Notes: generated by a model from the letters alone, not told the origin. A DNA stretch of 64,000 nt from Octopus vulgaris (GCA_951406725.2 OX597815.1:214830001-214894000); one strand, 5' to 3'; positions 12,701 through 28,150 are shown, numbered from the stretch's first letter. A program made the numbers and translations.

Positions 12701-14359
12701 TTCTGCTGCAAGCAGAGAAAGCAGGAATTGATGATATGCATCTGTGGAATATTCAGCCACTTATCGGCTAATTCAATGAGCTGGTAGCTTACTTGATCAA
12801 ACAACTGAATATTTATCTATGAACTTGATGTTGCTACATTTACATACTTTATGTATCATCATCATTGTTTGACCAGGCTGGCATGGGTGGCATGGTTTGG
12901 GAGGATCCAATGAGTTCAAGGATTGCATCATACTCCACTCTCTACTTTGGCATGGTTTATATAGTTGGATGCCCTTCCTAATGCCAACTACTTTGTAGTA
13001 GGTACTGTGTGCTTTTTTGTGTCACCAACACTTCTGAGATCACCATGGAGTTCCTAAAACTATGAACCTTGAAGGGTGGAATGAGACAACTTTATGTTAG
13101 GAGAATAAGGAATAGAGAATGGTAGAGTATGAGAGAAAAGGGCCAGAACAGAAGTTTCTTGCTGCAGAGGAACGACATGACTACTCATGGCTACTCACTT
13201 TTTAGAAAAGAACGTGGGGAGTGACATATATAATTTGTGTGTCAGCACAGACATAGCTATGTGATTAAGAATTTCACTTCCCAGTTATGTGGTTTTGGGT
13301 TCAGTTCTACAGCATGGCGCCTTGGGCTGTTGTCTTCTACTATAAGCCTCAGGCTAACCACAAAGCAAGGGAATTTGCTAGAAACTAAAAGAAACCTGTC
13401 TTGTGTGTGACTGCGTGTTTGTGCATATGTGTGTGCACGTGCGTGTGTGTGTGTGTAAGATAGATTACCCATGTCTTAACATTACATGAGAGTTGTAAAT
13501 GAGTGTCACTGTCATACAAGTAGTGCCATTTGTTTTCCGTCTTCTGTAAAAAATGTATCTGGTCAGGTGAAAATATTAGCTTATGGGGAAACAGGTAAAG
13601 GTAGGCAATAGGATGGACAATTTGCTGTCTTCGACTTCTATCCAGACATGATTTTCAACTTACATATGCTTCAAGATCAAATTCCCCCCAAAACTATTTC
13701 ATATCCTCTTCAAAATTTATAAAATTCTTATAAAACCCAAAATATACGTCATCATCATCGTCATCATCATCATTTAATGTCCATTGTCCATGCTGGCATA
13801 GGCTGGATGGTTTGACCAGGCTGGCAAGCTGGAAGGCTGCACCAGACTCCAGTCTGATTTGGCATTGTTTTCTACAGCTGGATGCTCTTCCTAACACCAA
13901 CCATTCCAAGAGTGTAATGGGTGTTTTTACATGCCACTGGCACAACACCAAGGTGCTTTTACATGCCACTGGCATGGATGCCAATTGTGTGACACCAGTA
14001 TCTGCCATGACTGTGATTTTGCTTGGCTTGATGGCTCTTCTCAAGCACGACATAATGCCAAAGGTTTGGTCATTGCTTCTGTGAAGCCCAACATTTGAAA
14101 GGAACTCAGCCACTTTGCCTCTGTGAGGCCAAACACTCACACCAGCATGGGTGCACTTGCTTTGATGGGTCCTCTCAAGCACAGCACATTGCCAAAGGTT
14201 TCACTCACAAGTCATTGCCTCTGTGAGGCTCAAAGTTCAAATACACACCAATCCATGCCAGCATGGAAAACAGGCATTAAATGATGAGGATGATGATGAT
14301 ATATACAGAGTGGGCCAAAAATCACACACCAAAACATTTGACATTATGTTTATATTACC

Positions 14360-14416
<57 letters not shown>
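14360..14416. repeat. Pure (TTA)n microsatellite
   Basis: Direct reading of the sequence. Confidence 0.95.
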
Positions 14417-14418
<2 letters not shown>

Positions 14419-16097
14419 TTTGTACAGCTATGTGAATTTTCATCATTATATTATTTATTTTGTTCAATTTTAGAAAAATTGACACAGTCTTTGAAAGTTC
14501 TAGAGCAAATGAACTTATTTTGTGCATGACTTTTGGACTACCCTATATATATATATATATACACACACACATATATATACACATGTATTTGAACATTCGG
14601 CCTCACAGAGGCATAGTGGCTGATTTCATTTCAAGCATTGGCTGAGCTCCTTTCAAGTGTTGGGCCTCACGAAGGCTATGACCGAGACCTTTGGCATTAT
14701 GTGGTGCTTGAGAAGAAGACCCATGAGCTGAGAAAAATCAGTCAAAGCAGATATTAGTGTCATGTAATTGGCACCCATGCCAGTAGCACGTAAAAGCACC
14801 CATGTCACTCTTGGAGTGGCGTTAGGAAGGGCATCCAGCTGTCGAAAACCATGCCAAATCAGACTGGAGCCTGGCACAGTCTTCCAGCGTGCCAGCCCAG
14901 TCAAAGTGTCCAACCCATGCCGGCATGGACAACAGACATTAAATGATGATGATAATGTGTGTGTGTAGACAAATAGATAGATTAAAAACAGCTCTCCATC
15001 ACTTACACCAACAAAGGTTCAAGACACTACCCAAGTTTCTATAGAGAGGGATTAAACTGAAAACCATGAGGTTGAGAAGCAAATTTCTTACCTTCACATT
15101 GACATCTGTATCTACTTTTTTAAGACAATGTCACAGTGTGATTTGAGGATGCATTGGCCACTATTTCTTTCAGATCTAACCACCATGAAGCATCTCTTTA
15201 TTTGAATTATTTCAGCTTAGTTTGATTTAGTATGTTAATATACAGTTTAAGTAAATTGTTAAATCTAAAGATCACCCAAATATCTACTCTAAGTATTTTC
15301 TGAAGTAAACACATAAAACTAATATATGAGCTACATCATCATCATCATCATCATCACTAAACGTCCATTTTCCATGCTGTCATGGGTTGGATGGTTTGAC
15401 AGGAGCTAGCCTGTTTGGCCATATCTGTTTTGGCATGGTTTCTATGCCTGGATACCCTTCCTAATGCCAATCATTTTACAGAGTGTACTGGGTACTTTTA
15501 CATAGCACCGGCATGGGTGTTCTTTTACATGGCACCTGCACCCATGAACCTGCAAGATCTGGATTGCTTAGCTGAGGAGGGATGTAGGGGACATGCCTGT
15601 TTGCAAGGACAACCTCGATTTTATTTTCTAAATTACTAAATTACTTGTACGAAAAGAATTACTAAATTCCTACCTCTGCAAAAACAAAACAAAAAAAAAC
15701 CCACAATGACCTTCTTAAAGAGACAACATTAAACTACAACAAACAAGTTTATTTACTTACTCACATGAATGGATTTGAAAGAATTTGCCAGAGTAAAATA
15801 AGTCACATCAAACAGTACACAAAATAAAACAACCTCGTGTCGTTTTGTTCTAAAATTGGAAATCTCCCAAAACCTATGCTTGGTTTAAAAATAGAAGGCT
15901 TTCTCAAGAGTACCAAAGAGACAAAGTGAAGATATTTATATACTGTATACTTAAAGCTAAACAAATTACTGTGGTCATTGAAAACAAGTAATAGTTAGAG
16001 TTCCAAAGTTAATCAGTATGTTCTTTAGTACTATTAATTAGTATATTTATTTTATGTAAACTACTACAGTTCATTGTGTGATTCCCTCATGTACAAT

Positions 16098-16354
16098 AAG
16101 AAAATAAATGCGCCTTTTAAAGCCTAGCCAGGCTCATGGGCCCGGTTTCCTGGTTTCTATGGCATATGCGTTCCCCAGCTGCACGGGACGCTAGTCCATC
16201 GCAGCGTTACTCATTTTTGCCAGCTGAGTGGACTGGAGCAATGTGAAATGAAGTGTTTTGCTCAAGAACACAATGCGTCGCCTGGTCCAGGAATTGAAAC
16301 TGCAATCTTACGATCATGATGCTGACACCCTAACCACTAAGCCACATGCCTCCA
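16098..16354 (-). mobile_element. SINE family C
   Basis: Full-length copy with a 13-bp TSD CCTCATGTACAAT at 16085-16097 and 16355-16367. Confidence 0.9.
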
Positions 16355-17596
16355 CCTCATGTACAATGCTGTAATATATTTGTTTCATAGTTTATGTTTT
16401 GTTCAATATAAATTTGATAGAGTAGTGGATCCAGGGCTTAGTAACTTTGGTTATATTCTTTATCTTGTTTAGGTTTGTAGTAAGACATCATTGGTCCCAG
16501 GCGGGATAAGCTTTTACACTAAAAAGTCAATGTTTTTTATTAGAACCAGGTGCCTGTATGGCTGCATGGTTAAAAAGTTTGCTTTTCAACTACATCATTT
16601 CAGGTTCAGTCCACTGCACAGTAGTACCTTGGGCAAGTGTCTTCTACTACTGCCCTATGCCAAATGATACTTTGTAACTGAATTAGGTAGAAAGAAGCTA
16701 TGTGAAAGCCTGTTGTATATATAAATGTGTGTGTGTGTGTGTGTATGTGTGTGTGTCTGTAGATATGTATGTGCATATGTGTGTATCTTTGTTCCCCACC
16801 ACCATCTCTTGACAGCCTGTGTTGGCTTTATTGCATCTCCATAGCTTAGCAATTCAGCAAAAGAGACTGACAGAAGAATCACCAGACTTACAAAATAAGC
16901 ACTGGACTAAATTTGACTAAAATTCTTCAAAGTGGTGCCCCAGCATGACCACATTAAAACCCAGTGAAAGATGAAACAAATCAAGGTAAATGAAGCCTCT
17001 TTTTCCTTAGACACAAACATTCTAGGTAAAGAAACCATGGTCAGGCATAACCAAAAAATATGTTGAAGTACCAAAACTAGTGAAAAGTTAATTTAGCAAT
17101 CCGGTTTCAACCCCTACATGTTACTAAAGCAACATGGTAAATGCATGAACTTGATACAGTTTCATTTCTTATTAAGTTGAATCTTGTGGGAAATCCCAGT
17201 GTGAAGTTATTCAAAAGCCACATAGCAGTCATTGGTACAATAGCTGAAAGAACAGAGTTTTCCATAAGTAGCTCTAAAATAACTCTGATATTATTTATAG
17301 CGCTTGGATAAGTTCCATAAAGCTCGTCCTTCATCTTTGGTTTTGGCAAAGAATATTGATGGTCTGGCATCCCAATGCTGACGTCTGCCAAAATTATATT
17401 ACTAGTTTCACAATGGCCTACTATGAAACCTTTTGACTGTTAATTTATACACACGTACATATGTACATAATATACCCACATATATATATATACACACACA
17501 CACACACATATTATATATATGTATAAATATGTGTGCGTGTGCATATATATATATATATATAGATATATATGTATGAATGTATATGTATATATATAT

Positions 17597-17782
17597 ATTA
17601 TTTAAAACAGTTTCATTTGGTTCCATGCAACTTAAAGTTTTGCAGGCTTCTAACAGAAGAACATCTCTTTCAGGCTTCAGGTTACCAGTTTGGTAACCTA
17701 AAGTCTGAAAGAGACTGTCTTCTGTTAAGAGGCCTGCGAAACTTTAAGCCACCTAGAACTGAACCAAACTGTTTGAAATAAT
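17597..17782. repeat. Foldback palindrome with a decayed hammerhead-like motif
   Basis: About 90-bp arms around a GTT loop (17688-17690). The right arm reads CTGAAAGA..CTTCT-GTTA-AGAGG..GC-GAAAC-TTTAA-GCC; the other arm has GTT at the last triplet, giving consensus GTC. Confidence 0.8.
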
Positions 17783-19076
17783 ACAAGTAATTCCTACCAA
17801 TTGTGTTGAGTACCCTTTTCTCTCGTTTGTCCACCCATTTTATATATATAATGTGAGTTTGTGTTCATTTGTTTAATGTCCATTTTTACATACCTGCAAG
17901 GGTTTCAATAGAAACTTACCTGTCATAGGATTCTATGGCTGTAGAGTACACCCTGACACATCTAAGTTTGGGGTGTACCCTTACAGATCCTCATCGCTAT
18001 TCTCCTCTTCAACCTGGGGTAACTACATATCTTCTTATTTCTTTATTGCCCACAAGGGGCTAAATATAGAGGGGACAAACAAGGACAAACAAACAGATTA
18101 AGTCGATTACATCGACCCCAGTGTGTAACTGGTACTTAATTTATCGACCCCAAAAGGATGAAAGGCAAAGTGGACCTCAGCGGAATTTAAACTCAGAACG
18201 TAACGGCAGACAAAATATCGCTAAGCATTTCTGCCAGGTCGCCACGTATCTTCTCTACAGTAAGACACCTGTTACTGTCCCCCTATCATACTTTAACTTC
18301 TCATCACCTGGCATAAAGTCACTTCTCTTAATACTGCTTTCCCTTCCCGCAGCTGAGCTGAGAGGGATCTAGTTTTGTGTGTGTGTTTCTTGGTAACCTC
18401 ACTAGTACCAGTACCACATAAAACATACCCAGTACACTCTGCAAAGTGGCTGGTGTTACAAAGGGCATCCAACCATGGAAACCATATCAAAGCCAACATT
18501 GCAGCTTAATGCAGTCTTGTGGCTTGCCAACACCTGTCTAACCATCCAACTCGTACTAGCTCGGAAATGGACATGGTTGATGATGATGCTGATGATGATG
18601 TTTTTACTGTCACCAACATTTATTTAATTTTCAAGTAAGGGACTTTTTATTCCACCATTTTGTAAAACTGTTGAGCAACAGGTTATAACATCAACAAAGA
18701 ATCTAAACCTCACTGTCTCTCTCAAATGAAGCTATGGGCTGTCAACATTCAGGCACATATGCTTTCATGTAGGCTTCCTACAGTTTCTGCCTGCCAAATT
18801 CATACACAAGACATTGAGTGACTCTGAAGTTGTGGCAGATATTTGTCCAAAGTATTGCATAGTGGGACTAAACCTGAAACCATCTGATTGTAAAACAAAA
18901 ACCCTAACCACACAGCCATTCTTGCATCTCTAATTATGAGTGTGTGTTTGTGTGTTTTGCATCAATTTCCCCATCGTTTCTTCGGTGGAAGGCTTTGAGT
19001 ATTCCAAGCAGTTGAACATGATTTGTTCATAAACTTTATTGTGAAATAAAAACTTATTTAAAACTGACACCTGCCT

Positions 19077-19114
<38 letters not shown>

Positions 19115-21589
19115 CATACACCTTGCATGCATCCACATACACATCGTATGTACATCACACACACACTCACTCACATACACTCATTACATACGTCACACAC
19201 ACATACATCACACAGACACACACACATACATCATGCACACACACATATACTCCATTAACCACTTGCTGTACTTATGACCCATGTGTTGGTAATCAATCTT
19301 ATATATTATTTACTCAATCACTGAGGTTCTGTTACAGCTTTTAGAGCAAGGCTAAATATATGTTACTGAACTCAGGGAGGATCATTCTACAAATAAAACA
19401 CATGTATTGGTTGTAGTTCACTTCTTTATTGTTAATTAGTTATTTGATTGTTTTGTCAAAATGTTTTGCTACACAATTGATATTAATGGCACAATCATTC
19501 TGCCAAAGTACAGTCTCCGTTACAACATTATTTTGTGGCATGAATACAAGAACTAAATAGGCACAGGTGTGGCTGTGTGGTAAGAAGCTTACTTCCCAAC
19601 CACATGGTTCCGGGTTCAGTCCCACTACATAGCACCTTCGGCAAGTGTCTTCTACTATAGCCTGAGGCCGATCAAAGCCTTGTTAGTGGATTTGGTAGAT
19701 GGAAACTGAAAGAAGCTTGTCATAAATATGTGTGTGTGTGTATCTTTGTATTTGTGTTTTTCTCCCCACCATTTCTTAACAACCGATATTGGTGTGTTTA
19801 CTTCCCCATAACTTAACAGTTCGGCAAAAGAAACCAATAGAATAAGTACTAGGCTTACAAACAAAAAGTCCTGGACTCAGTTTGTTTGACTAAAACCCTT
19901 CAAAGCAGTGCTCCATTATGGCCCCAGTCAAATGACTGAAACAATTAAAAGAATGAAAGAATATATTCTTATGTGTGAAGACATATGGCGTGGTTGTTGG
20001 GGTGTTGCACTCATGACCTCAAAATCTTGGTTTTGATTCCCAGACCCGTGGTGCATTATGTTCTTGAGCAAACCACTTCATTTCACTTTGCTCCAACCCA
20101 CTCCATAGCAAATGGATAACCTTGTGATGGACTTGTATTCCATTCAGGAGGAATTTTGGCCTGCCTGCCTTATCAGTGGTGTAACATCATTTGAAAGTTA
20201 CAACATGTAGAATTAGTTCATATGCTGTGTGGTGTGTTTTGTATTTTTTTTCATACAGTTATTGTCAGATGTGCACCACCTCTACCACAAAGGGATTTAT
20301 TCCTCTTATTGATTGGCAGATAAACATACTGACTTATATAAAGCTTATAATGTTCTAGCAACACTGAAACCAAACTATAGTAGAGCTGTGCTGAAATTTT
20401 TGTCAACTTGTAATTTTCAATCATCATCATCACCATCACCATCATCTAGTGTCTCTCAGGATCCAGTGGATCCAAGGACTGCATTGCACACTAGTGTCTC
20501 CTTCGGCATGGTTTCTATGGCTGGATGCCCTTTCTAACATCAACCCTATTTTATAATTTTATAATAGGTATATACATACGCATGCACACACATATTTATG
20601 TACATCCCTTCATACAAACATTTACACGTGCATATATAAAGTCAATTACTGGCACAGCAAAGATTTGTAAAACATTCCAGGGATTTTTCCTTTTAGGTCT
20701 CTAAACTGAACATATGTACACAATCACATTCTTTTACTTGTTTCACTCATTTGACTGCGGCCATGCTGGAGCATCGCCTTTAGTTGAACAAATTGATACC
20801 TGGACTTATTCTTTGTAAGCCTATTCTATCGGTCTCTTTGGCTGAACCACCAAGTCACAGGGACGTAAACACACCAACATTGGTTGTCAGGCAATGGTGC
20901 AGACACACAAATACATATATATATATATATGTATATGATGGGCTTCTTTCAGTTTCCATTTGCCAAATCCACTCACAAGGCTTTGGTTAGCCTGAGGCTA
21001 TAGTAGAAGACACTTGCCCAAGATGCCACGCAGTGGGACTGAACCTGAAACCATGTGGTTGGGAAGCAAGCTTCTTACCACATAGCCACTCCTGTTCCTA
21101 ATGTGCATACATACATGTGCATAATGAAAACACTCATGTACACATATACATCATCAAACTTGTTGACTAAAGTAGCATGCAAACCCATTGCATGAGTGCC
21201 AGGTTCTCCACACATTCTCCTTCATAAATGCAATCCCTAATTCACATATTCACAACCCCTCTAAAGTTAGTCTTGATTCAAACAAAAGAGAGCATTGTCA
21301 CTTGTTTAGTAATGTATACACATATTTATATAGATATATACTTTTATATACACACATACATATACATGTATATTATATATACATGTGTGTGTGTATGTGT
21401 ACATACATGTATGTATGTATGTATGTATGTATGTATGTATGTATGGTATTTGAGCAAGTATCTTCTACTATAGCTTGAGGTTGACCAAATCTTTGGGAGT
21501 GAATTTTTGTAGAACAGAAATTGAAAACTACCTGTTGTGTGTGTGTGTGTGTGTGTGGTTGTGCGTGTGTGCATGTGTGCCTGCATATA

Positions 21590-22457
21590 CAGGATGCAGT
21601 GAGTAAACTGCCATCTAAATTACTCAAAAATGAAAATAACATTGACATCTATTTTTAACAGATATAATTAGCAAAATTACATAAAAAATATCTTGAAATA
21701 ATAAAGAATAAATTTATTCAATAAAATGGCCATTGGTTTCAACCACAGCCTCCAGATGACTTCGGAACCTCCTGCAACTCTTCTGGACTGTCTCTTTGTT
21801 TAAGTTGGTGAATGCTGCCATAATCCTTGCCTTCAGTCACCTTTGGTGTTACAAGGAGTTTTGTTGATCTCTTGCTCAACTGCACCCCACACATAATAAC
21901 CAAAGGGGTTGCAGTCTGGGAAGTTAGGTGGCCAGATGTTAGGGGTAATGTGGTTGCAGCAATTGTCTGACAGCCATGACTGGGTTCTCCTGCTTGTGTG
22001 GCATGGTGCAGAGTCCTGTTGCTCAACACAGGGTCTTCCAGCAGCCACCCTCTTGACTCAGGGCAGCACTACCTCCTCCAGGCATTTGATGTAAGCCTCC
22101 ATGTTGAGTTTGAGACCATGTGGGAAGATGAATGAAGGCTTAACATTGTCATCACTAGTGATGTTGACTGTATGTTTGATTTTTATCACTCTTGGTACAA
22201 GTCCTCAGATTGCACTATCCTCAGATTGACACCAAATACTCTGAAACGTTCATATTGGAGCTTCTGGTGCAAATGCCAAGAAGTATAGCAGGTCATTTCC
22301 AAATTTCTGATAGAGTGAATTGCATCATGGTGCTGTTTTTTCTCACAGATGGTGCCCAACTGACCCTACTATACCATGTAGTTGACAAAATCAAAAACAA
22401 ACAATGCACTTGCACAAAATTGAAAATATAAATTAGTAACAATTTACCCATTGCATC

Positions 22458-22460
<3 letters not shown>
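21590..22460 (-). mobile_element. Internally deleted Tc1/mariner element (DD37D/maT-like)
   Basis: TIRs CAGGATGCA..G.GTAAA.TG, TA on both sides, and transposase remnant QQDSAPCH..WPPNFPDCNPFGYYVWG. Confidence 0.9.
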
Positions 22461-22493
<33 letters not shown>

Positions 22494-23896
22494 GCTGCAT
22501 ATTGTGTTCTTGAGCAAGACACTTATTTCATGTTGCCCCAATTCACTCAGCTGTAGAAATGAGTTATGACATCACTGCTGCCAAGCTGTATCAGCCTTTG
22601 CTTCTCCCTTGGATAACATCGGTGGCATAGAATACAAACACAAACACACACACACATGTGACAGGCTTCTTTCAGTTTCCATTTCTATTTACCTATTTCA
22701 CTCACACAGCTTTGTTCAACATGAAAAATTGGTTAAAAAAATATTTCCTTTAGATGCTACACAGTAAGTTTGAACCTAACATCTCTAGTTGTGAAGCAAA
22801 CTTCTTTATCACTACACCATAAATGTAATGAAATAGAGGTAAAATTGCAGTCATTCATGTGACAGATCTAATTTTTAGTTGCAAAGATAACGCCACACAC
22901 ATTATACCAAATAATTTAGACAACAGCATGAATGTGCAGAATCTTACATATCTTTATTGTATAAATATTAAGCTTTATGTCTTCATAGGAGATCAGAATT
23001 CACTTTGGTAATTTTCTTTTCGTGTTTATTGTTGCAAGGAATCCAGCTTTCAATTACCCATTCTTATATATTATTACTTCCTCTTGTAAATTGTATTCAA
23101 ATGGAATATGGTTCTTGTTTGTGTATTTTAGCTTATTATATCAAAGTTCAGTACTAACCTTAGTCATGTTGCCAATATCCAATATCTGCATTATTCAACT
23201 TTTGTTGCAAAAGGTTTGCAGACTTACATCTGCAAATAGAAAAATACAAATAGTCCATATGGATTTAAGTTAAGCATGTTCTGTCCTTTTTGGCAAATTT
23301 TCTCAATTCATCATCCTTTCTTTTATAAAAGCAGTTAGTTTCTAATTGCTCAGTGAATGTTAGAAACTAAAGCTGTATGCATTTTGTGGAACAAAGGCTT
23401 TTAAAACTTGATTTCTGTCCAACTATTTAGGAAAGAGATTTTGTGAAGTGAGTTGTATTCTTCTTGGCATTCATATTGGAGAGATAATATATTCCATCGA
23501 GTTACATCCTTTTATTCATCAGTCCATGGATTAAAGAATGTAACCTCATCACCTTTTCAGGAACTCTTAACCTAAGAAATAAATATCCCTGGATCAGGTT
23601 AATGTTCAGTTTACATTATTGCTGGTTAACCTTTTGATACCAACTCGCCTTAGATGGCCTCTGCTTCTATGAGACAAAACAAAAACTGACCATTTTAATG
23701 ACTTCATACTTATAGTAACACATAAATGTAAAAAGCAGGCATGGCTGTGTGATTAAGAAGTTTGCTTTGAAACCACATGGTTTCAAGTTCAGTCCCACTG
23801 TATGGCACCTTGGGCAAGTGTCTTCTCCTATAGCCCTTGGTAAATCAATGTCTTGTGAGTGAATATGATAGATGGAAGCTCATTGTGTATGTGTAT

Positions 23897-23946
<50 letters not shown>

Positions 23947-23967
23947 ATGGATGGGTTGTGTATATAT

Positions 23968-24332
23968 GTGAAAGTGCATGGCTCAGTGGTTAGAGTATTG
24001 AGCTTACTATCACGAGGTTGTGGGTTTGATTCCCGGACTGGGCTGCATGTTGTGTTCTTGAGCAAGACACTTATTTCACGTCGCCCCATTTCACTCAGCT
24101 GTAGAAATGAGTTGTAACATCACTGGTGCCAAGCTGTATCGACCCCTTTGCCTCTCCCTTGGATAACATCAGTGGTATAGAGAGGGGAGGCTGGTATGCA
24201 TGGGCGACTGCTGGTCTTCCATAACAACCCTAGGTTGTGTGTTCACCAGTGTGTCGACTTTCCACCCAGACTTATACCCCAGAGAGGAATCTCTTAGGTG
24301 CACCCATGGTCATTCATGACCGACAGAGTCAA
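23968..24332 (+). mobile_element. tRNA-headed SINE family F (C-like head, distinct tail)
   Basis: A box TGGCTCAGTGG, B box GGTTTGATTCC and TTCTTGAGCAAGACACTT box. A partial copy lies at 22491-22632. Confidence 0.75.
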
Positions 24333-24755
24333 GTTATATATATATATATATATACACACACACATGCATACACACACGCACACACACTCCCCACAATCCC
24401 ACACACTCACATTCATATATTTATATTGTTATACTTGCAGATGGCTATGTTTTGCCAATTAAACACACAAACTATTTATTTGATCTTCACTTTGTTTTAT
24501 AAATATTATTTTTTTCTTTTTCTTTTAGTTTATTTGTCCATCAAAGTTCCTTTGTCACACATTCATTTGTTGTTAAAACCACCTTATTACAGTTGGCAAA
24601 ACTGTAACATAGTAGTATATTTGTATTACCAGAAAAAGTGTGCACCTGTATTATAAGTACATTGCTTTAATATAAGTTATTTTAATATGCAGTGTCATAA
24701 CAATAGTCATAAAATCTTATTGGCTCTGATAGTTTTTTATAATGTCTATCAAGAT

Positions 24756-25097
24756 CAGTGGTTCTCGACTGGGTTCCATATGACCTCTGGGAGGCCCATA
24801 TAAGATTTTTCAGGGTCCATGCTAGCAGAATACTAAACTGGAGGTCCACAGTAGTATTTTAAGGGTCCATGAAAAGCTTTGCTTTAAATGTATGTATTGC
24901 AAGAAACAGCTAGGTTTCTTTCTCTAACATTTTATATAGTTCAACCTATACAAGTGAATGAGTGAATTACAGGAAGTTTGAAAGAAGTATCTATAAAACT
25001 AGTTTTTAAACATTGAATGGCTATAGGGGTCCGCCAGAATAAAATATAGAATAGTAATCAAAGGGGTACATAGGTGAAAAATGATTGAGAACTACTG
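24756..25097. mobile_element. hAT (Charlie-type) MITE
   Basis: TIRs CAGTGGTTCTC/GAGAACTACTG and 8-bp TSD ATCAAGAT (24748-24755) / ATCTAGAT (25098-25105). Partial copies lie at about 6403-6560 and 10366-10440. Confidence 0.85.
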
Positions 25098-26082
25098 ATC
25101 TAGATATTGATTTTAGGAATAAAAAAAATTTTTAATGGAAAGAGCTTGTGAGGTTGGTGGTGTGGAGAATAGGCATGAGTTGAATGTTGAGAACAGCAAA
25201 AGATTTGTCATTTGTGCTACCATTGTGAGTGGATTAAGAAAATTAGGAAGTATAGTGTCACACTGATTTCCAAAAGAAGCAAATTGGGGTACATACCAAG
25301 TGATAGTAGGTCAAATTAAGTTTTAAACATATTAGTTTTGCTCACAGTATAATAGCAGTTGTAATGATCTGAAATGATTTCCCTGTAACTAATAACACAT
25401 AATGTGACCTTACAATAAATGTTTCTCTCAAGGAAATTTAAGTATCTAATTAATGATAACATCATATAACATAATATATAATCCTTTCTGCTGTAGGCAG
25501 AAGGCCTGAAATTTTGGGGGAAGAGGATAGTCAATTACATTGACCCAGGTACTTATTTCATCCACCCCAAAAGGATGAAAGACAAAATTGACCTTTGCAG
25601 AATTTGAACTCAGAACGTAAAGACAGATAAAATACTGTTAAGCATTTTGCCCAGTGTGCTAACAATTCTGCCAGCTGGACCAACTTTATTGTAGTATATA
25701 ATACAAACCAACAAAGGAGGGGTTATGTTATTGCTTGACCTGCTAGAAATAATAGCCAATTTTTGTTTAAAATGTAAATGATCTTTAAAAAGTGGTAGGC
25801 TACAGTTTTAAAAAAGAAGAACAGTGCAATCAATTGTCTCTGCTCTTGAAAAAAATAAGAGGAAAGAACACATTGAATCTGAAATGCAGTTCCCCTATGT
25901 CACAGCTGCCATTAAAACCCACAGGATTTAATCCATTTAGAGCCACTTAATTAATCTCACTATTCACAGAGAAAGCATAACATTATCTCTTTACCTTGTA
26001 ACATTATCTTGGCTGATGGAAGAAAGTATTTGAGTTGATAGAATTATTTTAACATGTATTATTTGCTTTATGTCTGTTACAG

Positions 26083-26233
26083 ATAGCCAGAGAGTGGTTA
26101 TTCTACCAGATGCAGTGAGTGCTAAGGCCCAGAGATTTCTCAGAGAGAACATTGACATTACATTTCTTGCTACATTAAAGCAAGAAATTGGAGATAGTGG
26201 AAGCATTTTGTCACTCTCGACAGGCATTAACAG
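26083..26233 (+). CDS. NELL: NELL-family protein (protein kinase C-binding NELL1/2-like), internal exon, TSPN/LamG domain
   Basis: ttacag acceptor and gtacaa donor; 151 nt, phase 1 to 2. Encodes (D)SQRVVILPDAVSAKAQRFLRENIDITFLATLKQEIGDSGSILSLSTGIN(R), similar to vertebrate NELL2 DTPRSIKA..FTILVTLKQ..NSGVILS. It splices in frame to 36722. Confidence 0.85.
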
Positions 26234-28043
26234 GTACAATATTCCTTAGTTTTTGTTGTTTTTTTTTTCTGTGGATTTAAAGCTGTTATGGCATGGTGAT
26301 GTGTTATCTGTGGACCCAGTGTGTGGCCTATTGTTAATTATTTTTGTTTTTTTATAGCCACTTATATTTAAGTAGCTAAATAATGTTAAGAGATACTTGG
26401 TCCTCAAAACTCCTCATTTCTTCTATTAATCTCAGATTTCGTAAGTAATTATTATTTATTGGCAAATAGAAAGAAACTAATGCATGCTAATTTATGTGAA
26501 TTCATGTGAGATAAACTTTCCTTTTCCTCACAGCAAAGTAATATCTAAAAAGGCTTGCTAGTCTACCTCATAGTTCCAGCAACAATGGAAAAGGTGTTAC
26601 TCCAGAGGATGGCTGGAACAGCCACTCTGACTCATAGGACTCGCATTTGTAGATAGCCATCTCTCTTCCGATAGTAATGAGGAGAAATATAGTCCAGGGG
26701 CTGAGAATGCTGAAATTTCCTCTACAATAGGCTCCACTGTAAACCTGTTAGAGAAGCATAACTTATCTTGGAAATTTTTAATTTTATTCTTTTTCCATCA
26801 TAAACATGTAATGTAAGCATTCAAACATCATCAAATATCTTTCCAAATCTTGTTGCATTTCACTTGGAATTTTTGATCCTCCAAAGTTGTTATTTCTTTA
26901 TTGCCCACAAGGGGCTAAACATAGAGGGGACAAACAAATACAGACAAAGGGATTAAGTTGATTAGATCGACCCCAGTGCATAACTAGTACTTAATTTATT
27001 GATCCCAAAAGGAGGAAAGGCAGAGTCAACCTCAGCGGAATTTGAACTCAGAACGTAGCGGCAGACAAAATACCGCTAAGCATTTTATCCGGCGTGCTAA
27101 CGTTTCTGCCAGCTTGCCGCCTTAGCTAAGGTTTCTGCCAGCTCGCCTCCAAAGTTGTCTTGAAGAATCAGTCAACCTTTTTTTGGCAATGGTAGTCACT
27201 GTATATGAATTTATTTTTCTTGACATTTATCTGAGAAGTTGAAGAACCCATATATCTCATTTTAGTCTCCTTAGACTATAAGTTTATAGATATTATGTTA
27301 ATGTGTTAGCACAATTAATGTTCTGTTAATTATCAATGTGTTATTATAGGATGATCATTGAAGGGATAATGTAAATGCAAAAGATATCCCAGAAAAGGGC
27401 AATCTTGGAGAAGAGGGGTAGAATAGGGCCTGGAAGTTGACCTTTTAACCAGGAGAGTAAAGCTGTGATCATCTCCCTTTACCAGGCCTCTGAGACTAGG
27501 GACAGAAAAGAGGTAGCTATCCTCAAGCCAAAGGTAGCCTAAACACTTGTAATAGTGTGGGCTTCGCTAAAGGCACCTAAGATGTTAGATTGGGCATGGG
27601 CAATCTTTTTTGAGAAGCAGGTCACATGAGACAAGGTTCACCATCAGGTGAGCTGTACTACTGAAAGAATTCAAGCCAATTTTTGATTAGGCATGCTATT
27701 CAGAATTCAAAAAGCCCTATGAGCCACAGTTTGCCTGTGATTGTACTAGATGGTAGTGTTAAACCAAGTGACGGATAAAGCCTATCATTCAAATAGGCTT
27801 TGATGAGATTTGAACTCGGGACATAAAGTGCCAGAACAATTACTCCCCAATACATGACATCCAGTACTCTACTGTTTCTACCAGTCAGTCCACCACTTTA
27901 GAATATTACTTTATATATCAACCCCAGAAGGATGAAAGGCAAAGTTGACCTTGGCAGGATTTGAACTCAGAATGCTAGGTACTAGAAAAAATATCACAAG
28001 GTATTTTGTCTGAAACTAATGACTGCTCATTTGCCTACAAAAT

Positions 28044-28150
28044 ACTGTAAAAACCCATGTAATTTGTACACCTGTGTAATTTATACAGGTGATTTTCAGG
28101 ATAAAAACTGTTAAAAAAAAGCTTCTACTCATGTAAAATTGGCTGCATCG
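28044..28150 (+). mobile_element. Possible pogo/Tigger-type MITE end
   Basis: TA-CTGTAAAAACCCATGTAATTTGTACACC TGTGTAATTT resembles a Tigger-like TIR with a subterminal repeat; no partner end was found. Confidence 0.3.

Noticed and set aside
17107-17391. 94-aa minus-strand ORF (..ELYGTYPSAINNIR..)
   Set aside because: It has only a faint resemblance to RTE sequence and no supported splice sites or domain, so it is not callable.
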